Of a stretch of DNA of 64,000 bases, positions 35,701-46,809 are shown piece after piece. Origin of the DNA: Azolla caroliniana (Eukaryota; Plantae; Polypodiophyta); contig JBHGNT010000010.1 in the NCBI GenBank assembly GCA_043228905.1, forward strand, positions 19,964,001 to 20,028,000. Direction: 5' to 3'. The stretch's first letter is position 1. Each line of letters begins with the position of its first letter. The notes beneath the pieces are model-generated. The model had not been told where the DNA came from. It was given only the letters and a program-made list of their open reading frames with translations, and did not search any database. The translations under genes were made by a program, and so were the position numbers.

Positions 35701-38199
35701 CTCAAATAGAGGGATGATTTTTTGATTATCATCAAAATACTGACTTTCTTCTTCCTCGTCCAATCCTTCCATCATATTAACTGCTTCTGCATATACAGGT
35801 AAACTCTGTTTGCTTGTTGTCACTTTGTTGTGCGTCGGAATCCTGACCTTGTTTTTTCCTTTTCTAAATGTTAGCACATTTTGTTTCCAATTTTGTTTAA
35901 TATTAGCTGTCTTTAACCATGGTCTCCCCAATAACAAGGGGTATGCTCCCTGTGTTTCTAACTGCAAAATTACTGCTGAAATCTGAAAACTGTGTCCCCC
36001 GATTATTACATCCAGTTGTCGAAGCAAACCAATCGGTCGTACCGTACTTGTATCTGCCATTCGTAACCAAAACGGACATGCTTCCCATTCCGTGATTCCC
36101 AGTTTTTCACATGTAGTTTTGTTAATCACATTAACACCCGAGCCTCCATCTATAATCACATTTCCGATTTCTTGCCCGTAAAGTATTACCTTAATAGACG
36201 GATTCTGTTCATCCATGATCGAAGGGTTATTACTTGGCTGATTGTAGTGTACTGCTATTTGTTCGGAACCTTTATATGCAATTAATGCTGCCACTTTTTC
36301 TGTAAACCTTGGTACTAACTTAAGTAAGCCCTTAAGTGGTAATGACACTTGGCAATCAGCCAACAGTTTCCAAGTTTCTTCCTGTTCCTTATTCTCCAAT
36401 GATTGTTGTACAGCGATGTCCTGGTCAATGTTATTGTCTTGTAACATTCGATTCACATTACTTTGATTTGCTTCATCCACCCATTCCTTTGCCGCCTTCC
36501 GAACTTCTTCCTGAATTTCCCACTCTGATTGTTTGCTTTTGCTGCGTGTCGTTACTTGCTGAACTTCCGGTATTACCATATTAACTGCTGGACCCTTTCC
36601 TTTAACCGGACATTGATTAGCATAATGGCCTAGTTGTCGACAAATGTAACAAGTGGGCACAAATGTTGCACTGGTCTCTCCATGTGCAAATTGCCTGTTA
36701 TTAAATTGCTGCTCTTCATTACCATTCGGGTTTTGTTGGTATTGACGTGTAGCTTTTGGTTTGTAAAATCTCTTGTTTTTATACCTATTCGGCCTAAATT
36801 GTTCAGTATTATCATTTGGTTGTGCTATATTGTGTGGTATCCCGAACTCCTGATTTGGCGGAAAATTACTCTGTTGAAACATTTGATTATTTTGTGGAAC
36901 AGTTTGAGTATTATGTTGAAAAGTCATATTACCCGGTTGAAATGCCGGATTTGGTTGAAATGTAGAATTCGGTTGCACATTCGGACAGTTCTGTTGAAAC
37001 CCTTGAAATGGTGGATTACCTTGTTGGAAACTTTGATTATTTTGTTGAAAATATTGATTCGGATTCTGTACGAATGGTGGGTTGGATTGAGCAAAACCTG
37101 GTTGAAATGCTTGAGTCACTTGAGTGGGTTGCATATTTTGTTGTGAAAAGATCTGATTTGGCTGTAGAACCGGGTTCTGTTGTACATTTTGCTGATTTTG
37201 TGAGAAATTATTATTTTGATAACCATTGAACAGATTAGTGTTATTTTGGTAACCATTGTCAGCAAAAATTTGTCGTACTGACGCCGTAGTCTTATTAAGC
37301 AGATTATATTCACATTGTTCTACGGAATGTAATTTTGAATGACATATTGTACAATGTGTTCTTAACGTACAGTCAATTGCCGAATGCCCCGTATTTAAAC
37401 AAGTGGTGCATTGAACTGCTTGTCGAAATTGTAACTCCTCCATTGTTGGTAATGTACGGTGTAATGCCGACATGTCCATACTCTGAATATTGACCGGTGG
37501 TCGACCCATTTCTATTGCTTTATCAATGACTTGTTCGATAGTCTGATTTCTAAAATCGAACACTTTCAATGTCGTCCTTAATGGTTCTTTTACAGCTTCT
37601 AGAAAGACTTCTTTTAATTCCTTATCCGGAATCGGTCTTGAAATCTGAAGCTGTAAGTTCTGAAATCGTATCACAAACTGAGATACTGTTTCATTTTTTT
37701 CTTGATATAACGCATAAAATTGCGCAATCAAATCCTTCTGCGGAATTTGTTGATGAAATAATTGTAAAAATTTACTAGTTAATACTTCGAAGGATGGAAA
37801 TCCTTGAAGACCGTTCTGCGCAAACCAATTAGCGGAATATCCGTCTAATGATAAGACAAACTCAGCGATTTTTGACTTATCTTCGGCATCTGCCGACAAT
37901 CGCTGAGCTCCATGGTTAATCTCCCATGTCGTTAAGAAATCCCTAACATGTGCTTCCGCATCTGTTCCTTCCCGGAACTTAGAATAAGTATAAGGCATAT
38001 CGTCCCAAATGTCGTAAAACGATACCTCTTCCGTCTGTTTTTCGTCTGAAGGTAATTGATCGGATAAGTCAGGAAGTTTCGACCACTTTGTGCTTGATTC
38101 CGGCTGTTCTTGCGTAATGAACGCTTGCTGCACTACCTTCGTAACTGACCTTGTACGAGGGCGCTTACAACTGACCGGTGCCTCCTCTTCATACGACAT
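32707..38199 (-). CDS. gag-pol: Intact gag-pol polyprotein (gag, 3 CCHC knuckles, protease, RT, RNase H, integrase)
   Basis: IIDGGSGVN; LDGFSGYNQ; FGLKTAPATFQ; FLDDF; VDASD; H-H-C-C; WGLDFVGP; SDQGTHF; QANGLAE; WTGP. Confidence 0.97.
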   Translation of the reverse strand: MSYEEEAPVSCKRPRTRSVTKVVQQAFITQEQPESSTKWSKLPDLSDQLPSDEKQTEEVSFYDIWDDMPYTYSKFREGTDAEAHVRDFLTTWEINHGAQRLSADAEDKSKIAEFVLSLDGYSANWFAQNGLQGFPSFEVLTSKFLQLFHQQIPQKDLIAQFYALYQEKNETVSQFVIRFQNLQLQISRPIPDKELKEVFLEAVKEPLRTTLKVFDFRNQTIEQVIDKAIEMGRPPVNIQSMDMSALHRTLPTMEELQFRQAVQCTTCLNTGHSAIDCTLRTHCTICHSKLHSVEQCEYNLLNKTTASVRQIFADNGYQNNTNLFNGYQNNNFSQNQQNVQQNPVLQPNQIFSQQNMQPTQVTQAFQPGFAQSNPPFVQNPNQYFQQNNQSFQQGNPPFQGFQQNCPNVQPNSTFQPNPAFQPGNMTFQHNTQTVPQNNQMFQQSNFPPNQEFGIPHNIAQPNDNTEQFRPNRYKNKRFYKPKATRQYQQNPNGNEEQQFNNRQFAHGETSATFVPTCYICRQLGHYANQCPVKGKGPAVNMVIPEVQQVTTRSKSKQSEWEIQEEVRKAAKEWVDEANQSNVNRMLQDNNIDQDIAVQQSLENKEQEETWKLLADCQVSLPLKGLLKLVPRFTEKVAALIAYKGSEQIAVHYNQPSNNPSIMDEQNPSIKVILYGQEIGNVIIDGGSGVNVINKTTCEKLGITEWEACPFWLRMADTSTVRPIGLLRQLDVIIGGHSFQISAVILQLETQGAYPLLLGRPWLKTANIKQNWKQNVLTFRKGKNKVRIPTHNKVTTSKQSLPVYAEAVNMMEGLDEEEESQYFDDNQKIIPLFEVDILQALTPYVDSHEEVPIDEQTIKEIRMQQEATDKELQVSQRVQASALEEIDLAGVEDAERKTILIARDLTVNDKRTLTTLLLQYKDVFAWSFDDMKGLDPAFCQHQINLHKDAKPVQQRRYRLNPNYAIKVKEEIDKLLKVGFIRPVKKSTWLSPIVVVPKKNGKIRVCVDYRKLNAATITDAFPLPFTDGILDAVAGHEIYSFLDGFSGYNQVRMNPEDQEKTAFVTEWGVFVAVVMMFGLKTAPATFQRVIQEIFGEYIPAFMQVFLDDFAVYSRKADHFEHLRLCLEKCRKGHLSLNPAKCAFGVMSGTLLGHIVSQEGIAVDPDKVKAIIEATPPTNAKALSRFLGQIRWHSRMMRYLADIAIPLHTAVHKVPFIWTSIEQDAYECLKKMLTKVPVVQPPDWNKPFHVFVDASDIAIGSALMQLSEPNWYRPVYYASRKLSSAERNYSTTEREALGMIYSVNKFRHYLLGKKFTFHVDHSALLYLVSKQELTGKLARWTLLLQEFEFDIIHRPGAQHAIADYLSQLESGEEAVGVKDDFPDTQLFRVEAVKAHEVNEEKEDEWISEMTIFLSTGIPAEHMSTDERKRIAVRSRNFCLFNDMLYHKGADGIWRRAVRKFEKSAILTESHCGIAGGHYAGEATARKIWNSGLWWPTVMKDANEYCKKCDLCQRMGQPTEKDRMPFQPVLPLEPFQKWGLDFVGPFKPAAARTGNRYIIIATDYCTKWVEAKALRDNTAASTAKFLYEYIWCRFGCPIELVSDQGTHFINKLINELTNYYAVVHKKSTPYYPQANGLAESTNKTIQTILKKTVNENRTDWDQKLNSALWAYRTSYKTSIKSTPFRMAFGLEAVMPIEFQIPTLRIQATNKLNEIESEQIRKEALLVLEEERIQSMSALEHKQRQIKAFVNRHRRKSEEQFEIGKPVLVFQTRMGLMPGKLRYRWTGPVWIINSKNGTYQLGSLTGEVLPKWVNGFRLKPYLGDMPVNPFIQTEE

Positions 38200-38234
38200 C
38201 CATTCGAATTATTCTCTGCTTAATTGCAGATGTA

Positions 38235-38247
38235 ACCGGGCGTGCCA
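38235..38247 (-). promoter_or_regulatory. PBS complementary to tRNA-Arg
   Basis: TGGCACGCCCGGT, the Arg-type PBS known from Tat/Ogre-related elements (from memory). Confidence 0.75.
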
Positions 38248-38258
38248 AAATTCTTCTG

Positions 38259-38715
38259 TGTTAATCGGCTAATTACTAACTATTACCGATACAGAAGAGT
38301 GAACGTCGCTACTCAACGTTCTAACAAGGAATTGTGTTTTACGAACGGAATTATGCTATATTAATCGGTAATTACCGTGATCGTTACTTAGTTATAAATT
38401 AGGAAGCTTGCACTTAAGATCATAGACAACAGAGAAACACAGAATCCGTACAAGATATTCCTAACTTAAACTTATATTACTAAATAAAACGACCTTTCTT
38501 ACAATGCCTTTGGTTCCCTTTTATAGGTATACCGAAGGTCTTTTCTCATCAAGAACTATTCCTACTCCCTAACAAGATTTACAAAATTATCTAACTAACT
38601 TAGTTCTCTTCGTTTTACTGCTGAGTCATTGATCCGAACAGTCGATCCGAACTGACTCTGTTTTCGACGCTTTCCCACCTGTTCGGTAAAACTGACTGTC
38701 CGGGTCCGGGTAACA
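38259..38715 (-). repeat. 5' LTR of element B
   Basis: TGTTACCCGG...CCGATTAACA (8/10 inverted termini); CCTATAAAAGG; inner boundary could alternatively be 38333. Confidence 0.8.
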
Positions 38716-40536
38716 GGGTTTATGCCGGCAGAGCTGATGTACGGACAGAAGCCGATCATGCCGGTGGAACGAATGGTTTCTTCATGGGCGGCGGTAGATT
38801 GGAAGGACGAGATGAACCGGGAGGAGTTGCTGGCGGCGCGGATTCGGCAACTTGAGCGGAGGCCGGAGGATGTGGAACGGGCGAAGGAAAAGCTGCGAGC
38901 GGCAAGGGAGCGGAACAAGACCCGGTTCAACTGGACGCACCGGTTGCGACCAAAGAAGATCGAGGAAGGCGACTAGGTCTTGGTATACGACAACAGCCTC
39001 GACAATCAGCACAAGGCGGTGCAAAAGTTTGCCAGGAGGTGGTTCGGGCCCTACATGGTGACGAGCGCGAATGACAACGACACGTACCACCTCACGGAAC
39101 TCGACGGGGCACGGTTAGCGGTGCCGGTGGCCGGGAAGCGGATCAAAGCGTTCAAGAAGCGGGTCGAAGATGAGCCAGAGCCTGCGAGCGGGAGCGACAA
39201 CGACGATCAGTTCTGGCCCGACAGAGAATCGGAGAGCGAAGAGTGATGCTGGTTTTCTTCGGTAACTACCCATCTCTGGCGCATGCCGGTGGATGCGCGG
39301 TTTGGTGGGGGTGGATGTCGTGAAGAAAACTGGCCATAGGCGGAATCAGAGAAAAAGGCCCATGAACCGGCACTTAAACGGATGGACGCGTGAATTGATA
39401 TTTTGATATTTTGTACACGATTCATAAATGGATCGGTTGATGTAAATACTAAGTAGTACACATTTATTAGGGGATTGTGCGTATCTCTGTCAGAAGGGAC
39501 AGGGAATAAAGCGATTTGACTAGGGATGGGAACTATAAAAAGGAAAAGAGAGAGGGGAGAGAGAGTATTGCGCTGTCGTGGAGAATTTCGGCCAGAGGTA
39601 GAAACCGGGAAACATTGGCTACATCCGCGGGGTGCAACATGTGTGCTCACCTGTGTACATTTAGTGTGAATAACGAGGGCGCCTTTATGGCGCCGAAGAG
39701 TAGTCAAGTCGGGACAGACGATCCCATGTAAGTCGAGATTTATCCCACATTGTAACGCATCCCTCTCAATGTTCTATAAAAGGAAGGGAACGCCTTTTGT
39801 GAAAGGGGTTGCCCATTTTACGTTAGAGGGTATACCGTTAGATTTAGGGTTAGTTATATTTCTTCTTCTTCTTCTTCTTCTTCTTCTCCCCCTTCGTGTT
39901 CGCTTAGGGTTTGCTTCAACTCGTCTCCTGTGCAAGACCCCGCTCAGCGCGACAAGCCCGTGAGCTCCCCGATCGGCGGCTTGGCAGCCGACGACTACTG
40001 TAACCTACCTTGGTCCGGCTCGAAGCCGGGGATGTATTCTTCCTTATATACATATACATTTGCGTCTGTCTGTGTATATTCGCGTCTCTATTGGTGTCGG
40101 GTGCTTCCCCTTTCCTGCGTTTCCTGTACATAAGGGCGTGAGTCGGGTCAGCCTATGTGTGTGTGTGTGTGTGCGTGAGTCGGTGTCAAGCGCACACTCC
40201 CTCTCTTTCTCTCTCTCCCTTCGGTTGCTTCCGGTGTGCTTCTGGGATGCCCCGGAAACGGTGAAGCACGACTTCCTACGCTTCGTCACTCCCTAGTCCA
40301 AGACCCCCGTGGTCCCGCCTTTCTCCACGCATGCGCGTAACAACGCGACATATTTGGTGAACCCGACGTGAAAGGCGGCAAGGGAGGATGGAGATGGAAG
40401 ACGACGACCTCGCGGTGATGGTGACCGAAGCGGTGTTGGAGTCGGCATGAGTGGTGATGAGGCGAGAAGCAGCGCAACAAGCGGTTGAGCGAGTGGTCGA
40501 AAGAGTCGGCCGTTTCAACGGGGACAAAGTCCCATC

Positions 40537-43500
40537 TGACGAGAACTCAACGCTCTTTATATGCACCGCTCGGCCATAACTGAGCTTAGAATCATACACA
40601 GAGAACGGGAAATGAGGAACGACACAATAGAGGAGAGGAGTACGCAGGATTTTTAACGTGGAAAACCCCAAACTAAGGGAAAAACCACGGCAGCCCACAG
40701 GCTGCAAACTATCACTAGGTTAGTATGTACAAAACAATGAGTTCAGGGAGGCAACGACCTCGTGCTCACAATCTTCGCCACAGGTGGCGGTTACAATAGA
40801 GGCGACGACCTCTTTCTCTCTCTCTCTCTCTCTCTGTACACTATTCGCGCTCTGATCTCACGCAGACAAGAAATAACAACAACAGTAACTAAAAGTTTGC
40901 CCTAAGTCATATTTATACTAATATGACTTTTCGGCTATTTACAAATATAGCCTCGATGGACTCTCAGAAACATATTTGCGAATATGTCTCTTCATCCGGT
41001 GAGCATTCCTCACCGGGTCTGCACCATCCAGCTCTCCGTAGCCGGGTGCTATTCATCTGGTCTTCACCGGGTCTGCACCATCCGGCTCTCCGTAGCCGGG
41101 TACTCCTCATCCGGTCTTCACCGGGTCTGCACCATCCGGCTCTCCGTAGTCGGGTACTCCTCATCCGGTCTTCACCGGGTCTGCACCATCCGGCTCTCCG
41201 TAGCCGGGTACTCCTCATCCGGTCCTCACCGGGTCTCCACCATCCGGCTCTCCATAGCCGGGTACTCCTCATCCGGTCTTCACCGGGTCTGCAACATCCG
41301 GCTCTCCGTAGCCGGGTACTCCTCATCCGGTCTTCACCGGGTCTGCATCATCCGGCTCTTCGTAGATGGGTACTCCTCATACGACACTTTTCTTCTCCCT
41401 TCCCATCCGGAGGGACCTGTCTCCCAACAAACTCCCCCTTCACTCCAGCATGGGGTGTCTTACTAGTCCGATCCTCTTCCGGCATGCATCCAGCTTGTCG
41501 GGTATGAACACTTTGGTCAGCATATCTGACTCGTTCTCGGCCGTGTGGAACTTCGTCAGTGCGAACTCCTGGTCATCTACTCTTTTCCGGATCCAATGAT
41601 ATCTTCGTTGGATATGCTTCGTCCGGGAATGGTAGGCCGCATTCTTGGCAAGATGGATGGCACTTTGACTATCACAATAGAGTCGCCGGATACCGAGATC
41701 TCCGTTGAAGTCCTTCATCCATAATATTTCCTTGCCGGCTTCCACAACTGCCATGTACTCCGCCTCCGTGGTTGACAATGCAACCGTCTTCTGCAACCTC
41801 GACTGCCACGAAACAGCTCCCCCTGCATATGTCATTACATACCTAGATGTAGACCGGCTGGTATCCACATCAGCCGACATGTCCAAATCGGTGAAACCGT
41901 CAAGTTGAGATTTTCCGGAGCCGAATCAGAGACACATATTTGAAGTGCCCTTCAAATACCGGAGTATCCATTTGACCGCGTTCCAGTGCTCCTTGCCGGG
42001 ATTGCTCATAAACAGTCTCACCACTCTGATTGCGTATCCAATGTCCGGTCGGGTACAAACCATTGCGTACATCAAGCTCCCGACGACAAAGGCATATGGA
42101 ATCTTCATCATGTCCGCCTTCTCTGCTTTCGTCTTCGGGCTTTGCTTACCGGATAGCTTGCAGTTTGCCGGAAGTGTCGATCCGACTAGTTTCGCATCTG
42201 ACATGTTGAACCGGTTAAGCACCTGTGTGACGTACTTCTCCTGTGACAGCCATAATTGCTTCGCTGACCGGTCCCGAATGATGTGCATCCCCAACATCTG
42301 TCTTGCCGGACCTAAGTCTTTCATTGAGAAGGTTCGGTTGAGAGCCTTCTTCAGCATCCGTATTTTTACTTGGTTCCGTCCGACGATCAACATGTCGTCC
42401 ACGTACAGAAGGAGTATCAGGAAGTTGCCTCTTTCAAACTTCTTCACAAACACGCAGTGATCGGCCTGCGTCTTGTGGTACCCTTGATCGGTCATGAAGG
42501 AGTCGAACTTCCGGTACCATTGCCGGGGGGCCTGCTTTAACCCGGTCACCGTGAAGGAATGCCATCTTCACATCTAGCTGCTCTACCTCGAGGTCCATGC
42601 TTGCCGCTATACTCAGCACCGTCCGGATGGAGGTCATCTTTACTACCGGGGAAATATGTCGTCGAAGTCCACGCCCTTCTTCTGTTGGAACCCCTTCACC
42701 ACGATCCTAGGTTTGTATCTCGGGGGGTTGCCGGCATCTCCCGGTTTCAACTTGTACACCCACTTGTTTCGGAGTTCCCGCTTTCCTTTCGGCAACTCCA
42801 CCAATTGGTACGTATGGTTCTCATGCAGGGAATCCATCTCATCTTGCATGGCACTTAACCATTTTCGGTTGTGGGTGTCTTCCTTCGCTTCTTCGAAGCT
42901 TTCCGGCTCCCCCTCATCGGTCAGCAGAATATGATCTGCATCCGGAAATCTCCGGGGGGCCCTTCTCTCTTTGAGAGGATATCTCCGTCTCTGGGCTTCG
43001 GTGACCGGCTCATCCATCTGCTCTTCATCCGAATCCGATTCGAGGTCTTGGCCGGTTCCGGTTTCAGCTTCCTCTACTTCTTCTTCAGCCTGTTCGGTAT
43101 CCTCACCGTAACTGGCTGGTCCCTTGAGTGCTAACCGGTCTCTTGCCAGTTGGGTCTGCTCATCGTAGAGCGGATCCTTACCGGTCGACTCGGAGTTCAT
43201 TATCTTCTTCTCCGACTCACAGTCGGCGAGCGTCTTGTTCTCCATGAAGATAATATCTCGACTCCGGAATACCTTCATGTCGACCAGGTCCCACACTCGG
43301 TAGCCGAACTCATCGTCACCGTAACCGAGGAATATGCATGGCCGGGTCTTTGGATCTAACTTTCCTTTCCGGTCCTTTGCTACATGCACGTACGCGAGAC
43401 ACCCGACCACCTTCAGTTGCCGGTAGGATACTTCCTTACCGGTCCACACTCTCTATGGCGTGTCTCCGTCCAAGGGGACTGAGGGTGATCTATTTATCAC

Positions 43501-45877
43501 ATATGTCGCCGTCGACAGTGCCTCAGCCCAAAACTTCTTGGGTAGTTTTGCATGCGCTAGCATACTCCGGACCCTCTCCATTATAGTCCGGTTCATCCTC
43601 TCGGCGAGTCCGTTTAGTTCCGGCGTCTTCGGCACGGTAAATTCGAGCCGGATTCTCTTTGAGCGGCAGTACTCCTCGAACTGCCCCCGGTATTCTCCTC
43701 CGTTATCTGCTCGAACCGCCTTCAGCTTCCGGCTGGTTTCTCTTTCCAGTCTCGCGTGGAGCTCTTTGAAGACGGATAACACCCGATCCTTCGTCTTCAA
43801 CGGTGTGGCCCACAGCTTCCGGCTGTGGTCATCTATGAACGTCACGAAGTACTGCGCTCCGGCATGTGACTTTGTGTCTATTTGACACACATCCGTATGC
43901 ACCAACTCCAGTGGTGCATTACATCTCATCGGTGGCCTTGGTCGGAAGGAGGTCCGGTTCTGCTTACCGGCCAGACAATCAGTGCACTTCTCTAAGTGCA
44001 CGTTCTTCACTGGAATGAGGTTGTCGTCTGCAAGCCTCTTCATCCCCTTCCTGCTCATATGACAGAGCCTCTTGTGCCACAGCTCACCGTGTTTACCTTC
44101 CGGGCCCGAGCCACAATCAGGCTCCTTTTGCTGAACTTCATGACACCGTTCCGGATGCTACCCGTGTAGCCCTCATCATCTAGCCGACTGGCTGATATCA
44201 GGTTCAGTCGAACCTCCGGAACGTGTCGGACATCCCTCAGCAGCAACTTGCATCCGGTTGGCGTCGACAGCCACACGTCTCCTATGCCGACAATTCGGCA
44301 TGTACCTTCATTCCCCATCCGGATACAACCGTGATCACCGACTGAGTAGGATGAGAAGCATTTCTGGTCCGGGGTAAGGTGGAACGATGCTCCGGAGTCT
44401 ACCACCCAGGTCATCTCGTCGCCGACAAGGTTTATCTCACTCTCCTCGGTGATGAGCATCAACTCCTCTTCACTTGCCGCGATTGCCGTCATTCCCTTCC
44501 GGTCTGGTCCCCTACGGTCTTTACCGTTTCGGTCCGGTGTCTGCTTCGAATCGGTACCATCGGATTCCTTGTCTTTACGGAAGTGCCGACAGTTCTTTTG
44601 GAAGTGTCCCGTCTTGCCGCAATAGAAGCAAGTAGGCCTCCCCCTTGACTTTGACCATGTCCCCGACTTCTACCGGTTCTGGAGACTACGGTTTCTATGT
44701 TATCCGCGTTCCGATTCGGTAAGGAGCGCTTTGGAGTCGGAGCTCATATCCTTATCTTTCTGACACGCCTCCTCATCCAGCAAGCTCGACTTCACTCTTG
44801 CTAGGGATAACCGTTTTCCTTCCGTCCCGGCGTTGCCCAAAGTGACGACCAATGTCTCCCAGCTATCCGGGAGGGAACAGAGCAGGAGTAGTGCTAGTAC
44901 TTCGTCGACGAGAGGTACTTCCAATGATGTTGCCTGGTGTATCAGCCCCTGGAAGGCATTCATGTGCTCCGCCATGCTGGAGCCATCTTTGTACCGGAGT
45001 CTTACTAGCTTCCGGAATACCGAAACTTGATTAACAACATTTTTGTTTTGAAACATTATGCCGATCTTCTCCTAGAGCTCATGAGCCTTGCTCTCTTCAT
45101 TGAAGTTGTTGTACAGGCTCATGTTGATGAAGCACCGTATGTACATAGAGAACGGGAAATGAAGAACGACACAATGGAAGAGAGGAGTACGCAGGATGTT
45201 TAACGTGGAAAACCCCAAACTAAGGGAAAAACCACGGCAGCCCACAGGCTGCAAACTATCACTAGGTTAGTATGTACAAAACAGTGAGTTCACGGAGGCA
45301 ACGACCTCGTGCTCACAATCTTCACCACAGGCGGCGGTTACAACAGAGGCGACGACCTCTTTCTCTCTCTCTCTCTCTGTACACTATTACGCGCTCTGAT
45401 CTCACGCAGACAAGAAATAACAACAACAGTAACTAAAAGTTTGCCCTAAGTCATATTTATACTAATATGACTTTTCGGCTATTTACAAATATAGCCTCGA
45501 TGGACTCTCAGAAACATATTTGCGAATATGTCTCTTCATCCGGTGAGCATTCCTCACCGGGTCTGCACCATCCAGCTCTCCGTAGCCGGGTACTCCTCAT
45601 CCGGTTTTCACCGGGTCTGCATCATCCAGCTCTCCGTAGCCGGGTGCTCCTCATCCGGTCTTCACCGGGTCTGCACCATCCGGCTCTCCGTAGCCGGGTA
45701 CTCCTCATCCGGTCTGCACCGGGTCTGCACCATCCGGCTCTCCGTAGCCGGGTACTCCTCATCCGGTCCTCACCGGGTCTGCACCATCCGGCTCTCCGTA
45801 GCCGGGTACTCCTCATACGGTTTCTTCATCAACACTTTTCTTCTCCCTTCCCATCCGGAGGGACCTGTCTCCCAACA
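40537..45877 (-). mobile_element. Tork/TNT1-like Ty1/copia element (family C), internally deleted
   Basis: TSD CCATC; 3' LTR 40537-41429, PPT 41430-41440; 5' LTR about 45142-45877 with U5 end, PBS and gag start deleted; VVDSGAS, RADNGGEY, YVDDML motifs. Confidence 0.95.
41003..41382. repeat. 54-bp tandem repeat (7 copies) in family C LTR U3
   Basis: 18-codon periodicity in the ORF track; 5 copies in the partner LTR. Confidence 0.9.
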
Positions 45878-46809
45878 CCATCTTACTTGGGAGCCTACAA
45901 CGCGGAGATGGAGGAGCGTGGCGTAGACGAGGCGTTGAGGCTGGAGTTCTTCTGTCGGGTCGTAGCTGTCCGGATGCATGCGGAAGTAAAGGAGCTCCGT
46001 GAGGCTCATAGTTCGTGGGAGGCCTTCGAAGAGGCGCTCCTGAAGGCATACAGAGGATGGCGGAAGAGCCGGGGACGACACGAATTCGACCAGTGGGTAG
46101 CATCAGCAGAGACCCACCGGGGCGTGACGAAGGCTTCCAAGAGTTCGAGCGACGGCTTGCTCGGCTCCTGGAGCGGGAACAAGGTTTGGTGGGGATGGAC
46201 AAGGTCCTATTGTTCGTCAGGTCGATTGACCGAACGGATTGGGAGGCCATCGGGATTGAGCTCGAAGATGATGACGGAGCGAGTGGGCTTACAGAGGACT
46301 GGTCGAAGGTCGGAAGGGTGTGCCAACGGCTAGACAATGAGGGAGCCGAGAAGGCTAAGAGGAAGGCGTGCGACGGCATGCCATCACAGCGGGAAGAGGC
46401 CGAACGGCAAAGAGAACTGGCAAGGGTCGGCGTTGGGGCCAGGATTGCGGAGGCGTACGCAGCTCTCGAGGCGATGCTCGAGGAAGAGGAAAGATCAAGG
46501 CCGCAAGCCGAGACTGAGGAGACGGACTTGCCCCACGCGACGGCGGAAGATCGGTACGACGGTACCACGGGAGAGGGCGCGAAACAAAATGCCCTCTCGA
46601 TTTGTGGAGATAGAACGGCAAAGGACGAGGCCGAGATACTGATCGCGGAACCAGATAGTTGGGACCAGCGGTTTCGGGCGTGTCAGCCCGAAACCCCGGA
46701 AATTGGAGAAGCAAGCCCAGGCGGGGCTTGTGCGATCAGTAAGAACACGACCGCCGACCACGAAGAGTCGGTGGCTACGGACAAGGGCGTAAAACGGACG
46801 GGCGATTCT

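Larger units (their letters stand above)
29083..38715 (-). mobile_element. Young, nearly intact non-chromovirus Ty3/gypsy element (family B) with an extra 3' ORF
   Basis: Near-identical LTR copies, tRNA-Arg PBS, uninterrupted 1830-aa gag-pol. Confidence 0.95.
25610..39573 (+). mobile_element. Family A element lacking RT-RNase H and hosting element B: LTR 25610-26253, PBS 26258-26275, gag-protease, integrase, PPT, 3' LTR from 39316 (interrupted at 39574)
   Basis: gag at 26299, ALVDHASEIN protease, jump at about 28180 to KYWW...CESC integrase, FKWMVDL, YNPQANGKVE; GGTGGGGGTGGA before TGTCGTG at 39316. Confidence 0.9.

Noticed and set aside
41003-41382. Regular repeats resembling a CRISPR array or a repeat protein
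   Set aside because: Head-to-tail units with no unique spacers, inside LTRs; the ORFs arise only because 54 is divisible by 3
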